A stretch of DNA of 63,276 nt, counting the filler, from Diploschistes diacapsis (taxonomy: Eukaryota), in assembly GCA_023645945.1 (NCBI GenBank). It is 5 parts of 5 records of this genome, joined end to end, with 100 filler letters (N's around TTAATTAATTAA, not from the genome) between each part and the next. Parts side by side here need not be neighbours in the genome. Positions count along the whole stretch, not along the records: positions 50,717 to 63,276 come from JALAIB010000727.1; 4 more parts are not named here. The stretch is one strand, 5' to 3'. The position numbers and the translations under genes are program-made. This document shows, piece by piece, positions 63,130-63,276 of the stretch. A model generated the notes under the pieces. It did not search any database and was not told where the DNA came from. It was given only the letters and a program-made list of their open reading frames with translations. Every line of letters starts with the position of its first letter. Positions within the stretch are counted from its first letter, which is position 1.

Positions 63130-63220
63130 TCTATCCATCCATCTCTCTATTCGATCTCTTTCTCTTTCTCTTTCTTCTTTTCCTCTCTGTGTATGTATGT
63201 GTGTGTGCGTGTGTCTGTTT
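63130..63220. repeat. CT-rich and GT-rich simple repeats at the contig end
   Basis: Runs such as tctctttctctttc and gtgtgtgcgtgtgt. Confidence 0.7.
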
Positions 63221-63276
63221 TTGTCCCATATACGCTACTTGCACCCCACCCAGTCCATCCACTTTTCCTTCTCCCC

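Overview
Eukaryotic DNA from a filamentous ascomycete (Pezizomycotina-type genes, short GT-AG introns mostly 45-70 nt, RIP-like AT-rich repeats). It is not one locus. Five contigs (1-12589, 12690-25266, 25367-37942, 38043-50616, 50717-63276; 12589/12577/12576/12574/12560 bp, in descending size) are joined by 100-nt N44-TTAATTAATTAA-N44 linkers, so adjacency across linkers has no biological meaning. Contig 1: RIP-degraded element end, TetX-like FAD monooxygenase, Clr5-domain protein, ZNF207/BuGZ-like zinc finger, membrane-anchored GH43. Contig 2: Dicer-like 1, Tap42, FAD synthetase, Dbp4 helicase and an uncharacterised SAM-motif protein. Contig 3: truncated methyltransferase-domain protein, Rpe1, a frameshifted MFS remnant, an SH3BGR-like protein, a hypothetical protein, a probable membrane-protein pseudogene and RIP-degraded transposon DNA. 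Contig 4: Vps13 and a DUF3429/TMEM69-like protein. Contig 5: Nst1, Rho2 with a 6-nt micro-exon, and an S/P-rich membrane protein. I found no convincing new multi-gene system. The most notable items are two decayed genes that the ORF track only shows in fragments, a shared transposon terminus on two contigs differing by transitions, and several splicing oddities. All family assignments come from motif recognition, not database searches.
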